Source of the DNA: Nitrospirota bacterium
GTDB taxonomy: Bacteria > Nitrospirota > UBA9217
Assembly (NCBI GenBank): GCA_963663225.1
Contig: OY760142.1
Span: 1,508,509-1,572,508, forward strand
Length of the DNA: 64,000 nucleotides
Direction of reading: 5' to 3'
The first letter of the stretch is position 1, and each line of letters opens with the position of its first letter. Below, piece after piece: positions 60,496-64,000 of the stretch. Under the pieces are notes generated by a model that ran no database searches, had not been told where the DNA came from, and saw only the letters and a list, made by a program, of their open reading frames with translations. The translations under genes were made by a program, and so were the position numbers.

Positions 60496-61710
60496 ATGTA
60501 TATTATCATTGGTCAGGGGATAGCGGGCGCCACGGCCGCCATGACGCTGCGAAAACTGGACCCCCGGACTCCCGTGACAATTATTACCGATGAACATGAT
60601 TATTTGTACAGCCGGATAGATTTGCCGGATATTATAGCCGGAAAACTGAAGCCGATTGACGCCATGCTCCAACAGGTGGAAAACCTTGCAAACGACAACG
60701 TAATCTGCATCATGGGAGACAAGGTTGCGGCAGTGACTCCTGCGCAAAAAACAGTAGAGCTCGCTTCAGGAACGCTCCTGAAATACACGAAACTGCTTTT
60801 TGCCACGGGATCCGCACCCATCATGCCGTCTCTTCCCGGCATTGACTCTCCCGGCGTGTACAGTTTGTGGACGATGCGTCAGGCAAAAGAGATCGTTCAT
60901 GCCGCTGAACGTGCTCAGAGTGCCGTGGTGGTCGGGGCGGGCTTGATCGGGCTTAAAACAGCGCTTGCGCTGAAAGCGCGCGGCTTGAAGACAACGATTG
61001 TTGAAAAACTGCCCCGCGTACTGCCGCGCCAGCTTGATGATGCATCCTCAGACATGCTGGCGGACAAAGTCCGAAGCAAAGGCGTTGATGTTCTGGTCAA
61101 TACGACGGTTGAGGGTATCGCGGTCTCTCAGGGGGCCGTGAGCGGCGTGCGTTTGTCCGGCGGTGTTCTTCCTGCCGAAATGGTCGTCATGGCCATCGGA
61201 GTAAAGCCGAACAAGGAGCTTGCTGCTGCAACAGGGATTAAAACGGGGCGCGGCATCATTGTCAATGAATTCCAGGAAGCATCCATGCCGGATATGTATG
61301 CCGCAGGGGATGCCGCAGAAGTACTTGATCCTCTTACCGGGGAATTGACGGTACCGGCCATCTGGCCGGTTGCTGTGGAGCAGGGCCGGATTGCCGCAAG
61401 CAACATGGCCGGTTTCAAGGAAACATACGACGGCACTGCCGCCATGAATGCTGTTGAAATCGGCGGCATGCCGCTGGTGTCGATAGGCGATATTGAAGGG
61501 AAAGCGGGCGACGTCTGCCTGATTGCGCAGAAATATGATGCCTACCGGAAAGTCGTTGTGCGCGATACTATTGTCAAGGGTGTGCTCTGCCTGGGAGACA
61601 TTCGCCAGGCGGGGGTGATCGGCAGACTGGTATCGCATCCCGTGGACATCAAAGAGGTTGAAAGGCTGATCTCTCCGTACTTCAGCTATGCAGATTTAAT
61701 AGCCGTGTAG
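60496..61710 (+). CDS. FAD-dependent pyridine nucleotide-disulfide oxidoreductase (FNOR-type partner of CooS-CooF)
   Basis: GxGxxG FAD motif (IIGQGIAGATAA) and second dinucleotide motif (VVVGAGLIGLKTA). GGAGG RBS. Confidence 0.8.
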   Translation: MYIIIGQGIAGATAAMTLRKLDPRTPVTIITDEHDYLYSRIDLPDIIAGKLKPIDAMLQQVENLANDNVICIMGDKVAAVTPAQKTVELASGTLLKYTKLLFATGSAPIMPSLPGIDSPGVYSLWTMRQAKEIVHAAERAQSAVVVGAGLIGLKTALALKARGLKTTIVEKLPRVLPRQLDDASSDMLADKVRSKGVDVLVNTTVEGIAVSQGAVSGVRLSGGVLPAEMVVMAIGVKPNKELAAATGIKTGRGIIVNEFQEASMPDMYAAGDAAEVLDPLTGELTVPAIWPVAVEQGRIAASNMAGFKETYDGTAAMNAVEIGGMPLVSIGDIEGKAGDVCLIAQKYDAYRKVVVRDTIVKGVLCLGDIRQAGVIGRLVSHPVDIKEVERLISPYFSYADLIAV

Positions 61711-61775
61711 TTTGCGATAAAACCGGCTTGCTCTCACAAAGGCGAGCTGATACAATGGACGCAAGGAGGTTGGCC

Positions 61776-62762
61776 ATGTCTATTAAAACGAAAGCAGCCC
61801 TGCTGAAAGGGCCTTACGACATTGATCTTATGGACCGCGAGCTGGTTTGCGGCGAAGATGAGGTTATCGTAAAGAACCATTTAATAGGGATTTGCGGGTC
61901 AGATAAGAGCTTTTACCGCGGACAGCTTCCGCCTAAAACAGCCGAATTCAGACAGGAGCCGAAATTTCCCTTCTACCTGGGCCACGAAAGCGGCGGCACT
62001 GTTGTTGAAATCGGTTCAAAAGTGAGGGATTTCAAAGTCGGCGACAAGGTCATCTGTTTTGGCTGGAACAACAATTATGCGACATACTTCCTTGCAAAGG
62101 ACTTCCAGTTGCAGCCAGTTCCGGACGGTCTGGAAATGGATTTTGCCGCTCTTGGTGAACCCATATCGTGCGCCATGTATTCCGGTCTTCATTCAGGGGT
62201 TCAGTTGGGAGACGTTGTTGTCGTCATGGGCGGCGGGTTTGCCGGGCAGATCATTGCGCAATGCGCAAAACAAAAGGGCGCCTATAACGTGATCGTGGCC
62301 GATGTTCTTGATGGAAAACTGAAACTGGCCAAACAATTGGGTGCTGATATAACGGTGAATCTGAAAAAAGACAACCTTGCGGCAGTCGTGTCGGATCTTA
62401 CAAAAGGCCGGGGTGCAGACGTGGTTGTGGAGGCGGCCGGATCGGAAAGCTCGTTCAACACAGCCTCTGAAATCATCAAGCATAACGGCAAATTTGTTTT
62501 TTACAGCTGGGTGACACAGCCCGTTACCCTGAACATCAGCCGCTGGCATGACGACGGACTGGAATTTGTGAATACCTGCCTGGTCCATCATACCTGGCGG
62601 GAGCGGTATGTCTGGACTCCCGCAACGCTCCGCCCCGTCATTCAGGGGCAGGTCCAGATCCGGCCGCTTATAACGAACGAGTTCAAGCTGGAGGATATCA
62701 AGGCCGGCTTTGATCTCGCCGACAAGGATGATACCGCGATCAAGATCGTTTTCAGAATCTAA
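61776..62762 (+). CDS. zinc-dependent alcohol/polyol dehydrogenase (MDR family)
   Basis: GHESGG zinc motif. NAD-binding GGGFAGQ. CAAGGAGG RBS. Confidence 0.8.
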   Translation: MSIKTKAALLKGPYDIDLMDRELVCGEDEVIVKNHLIGICGSDKSFYRGQLPPKTAEFRQEPKFPFYLGHESGGTVVEIGSKVRDFKVGDKVICFGWNNNYATYFLAKDFQLQPVPDGLEMDFAALGEPISCAMYSGLHSGVQLGDVVVVMGGGFAGQIIAQCAKQKGAYNVIVADVLDGKLKLAKQLGADITVNLKKDNLAAVVSDLTKGRGADVVVEAAGSESSFNTASEIIKHNGKFVFYSWVTQPVTLNISRWHDDGLEFVNTCLVHHTWRERYVWTPATLRPVIQGQVQIRPLITNEFKLEDIKAGFDLADKDDTAIKIVFRI

Positions 62763-63059
62763 GAGCGGATTGCACAGTAAGACCGCTGTGATATGAAGGA
62801 ACTGAGGGGGACGTTTTTGCCGCATGATTCTGCGGTGTAAACGTCCCCGCCTATTTTTGTGGCTGCAAAGAGCTGTTGATACCAGCGGTGAGAAGACAAT
62901 TTTTTCTTTCCCTTGTCCATAAAGAAATCCTTGACAACCCCTTGAATAAGCCCTACCCTTAAGCAAGAAATCAGATGTTATGCAGAAGATTATGGGCGTT
63001 CTATTGCCGGAATACCGCTGCTTCCACGACCAGAAGGACGAATATCTATGCAGAGTCCT

Positions 63060-63518
63060 ATGAAAAAGCTAATCTCCATCTTTCTGCCGGTGGTCTTGCT
63101 TTTTCTGGCTGCTGTTGCAGCTGTAGCCGTACTAGCGAACAATCTGAACAAAGAGAGCAAGCTGTTTGTGGACGCTGCTGTTCCTGCTATTATAGCGGAT
63201 TGGGACGTAAGGGAAATTCAAAAACGCGCCAGCCCCGAATTCAATGCAACCGTCGACTATGACGATATGCTGCAGATGTTTGACATCCTGCGAGACTTGG
63301 GGGATTTGCAGGAATATTACGAAGCTGCGGGCGAGTCGAAGATAACGATTTCTTTTGAAAGCGGCCTTGTGATTACCGCTTTGTATGAAGCAAGCGCTGA
63401 TTTTGAAGAAGGGTCTGCCGACATACAGATATCCCTCATCAGGCATGGCGGACAATGGCAAATCCTCGGTTTTAAGGTCGCTCCCGGTGAACGGGAAGAA
63501 AGAAAAAACATCATCTGA
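63060..63518 (+). CDS. hypothetical secreted protein
   Basis: Signal peptide (MKKLISIFLPVVLLFLAAVAAVAVLA). No family recognised. Start uncertain (63048 or 63060). Confidence 0.4.
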   Translation: MKKLISIFLPVVLLFLAAVAAVAVLANNLNKESKLFVDAAVPAIIADWDVREIQKRASPEFNATVDYDDMLQMFDILRDLGDLQEYYEAAGESKITISFESGLVITALYEASADFEEGSADIQISLIRHGGQWQILGFKVAPGEREERKNII

Positions 63519-64000
63519 TGAACACGCTTATCAGTACGATTGAAATACTGGGAATCATTGCTTTTGCGCTCACCGGAATTTACGAGGCGCGGAAAAAAGG
63601 GATGGATATAATCGGCGTTTACGCCGTGGCGATGATAACGGCCTTCGGCGGCGGGTCATTGCGGGACATCATTTTGAACCGTCATCCGCTCTTCTGGATC
63701 GAACATTCTCAGTATGCCATTTTGCTGCTGCTGATATCTCTTATATCGGTTGCGATCATGAAAGACAAGTTGAACCGCAAAGGAACGGTCACGCTTGTGC
63801 TGGCGCTCGATGCGCTCGGATTGGGGTTGTTCAGCGCGTCGGGTGCCTCGGTGGCCCACCAAGCCGGATGTACTGCATTCGTTTCGTCGCTGCTCGGGGT
63901 CATCACCGGCGTGTTCGGTGGGGTCATGCGCGACACCATCTGCAATGAAATCCCCTATGTATTTCAAAGGACTGAGCTGTATGCCACATGTTCCTTTATC
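63518..64000 (+). CDS. UPF0126/trimeric intracellular cation channel-like (YadS/YicG family) membrane protein, 3' partial
   Basis: ATG overlaps the previous stop. Duplicated G-rich motifs FGGGSLRDI and FGGVMRD. Runs off the window end, so it is absent from the ORF track. Confidence 0.5.
   Translation, partial: MNTLISTIEILGIIAFALTGIYEARKKGMDIIGVYAVAMITAFGGGSLRDIILNRHPLFWIEHSQYAILLLLISLISVAIMKDKLNRKGTVTLVLALDALGLGLFSASGASVAHQAGCTAFVSSLLGVITGVFGGVMRDTICNEIPYVFQRTELYATCSFI

Overview
This 64-kb window appears to be chromosomal DNA from a high-GC (roughly 55-58%) anaerobic bacterium with a Desulfobacterota/Deltaproteobacteria-like gene content. That taxonomic call is an inference from what is encoded: multiheme c-type cytochromes, a Ni-CODH-like cluster, a tungsten-type aldehyde:ferredoxin oxidoreductase, several sigma54 activators and REC-PilZ proteins. 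Most of the window is housekeeping. It contains the xseB-ispA-dxs operon, the mreBCD-mrdA-rodA cell-shape operon followed by a B12/radical-SAM gene and rng, plus panC, leuA, pyrB, radA, the tctCBA transporter, a bacterioferritin, cysteine synthase and an RpoS/RpoD-like sigma factor. The parts worth a second look are:

- three tandem REC-PilZ paralogs at 1174-3639, with a fourth copy at about 43.7 kb;
- a perfect in-frame 171-bp tandem duplication inside the radical-SAM gene (19584-19925);
- an 11-heme cytochrome c gene split by a single in-frame TGA at 41502;
- a low-GC island (about 30.3-35.0 kb) carrying a flotillin/SPFH-like protein with three internal 74-aa repeats, small membrane ORFs and a recurring ATTATGCAAT motif;
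- a sigma54/PrpR-like regulator lying between a ferredoxin-AOR pair and a compact CooF-CooS-FNOR cluster, with candidate -24/-12 promoters upstream of each (perfect -24 TGGCAC for AOR with an imperfect -12; imperfect TGGTAT -24 with a correct -12 TTGC for CODH) and two unidentified Fe-S/Cys-rich genes.

I saw no rRNA, tRNA or CRISPR array. All family assignments are from reading the ORF-track translations by eye; no database search was run. Some start coordinates were re-picked from RBS context and may be off by a few codons.
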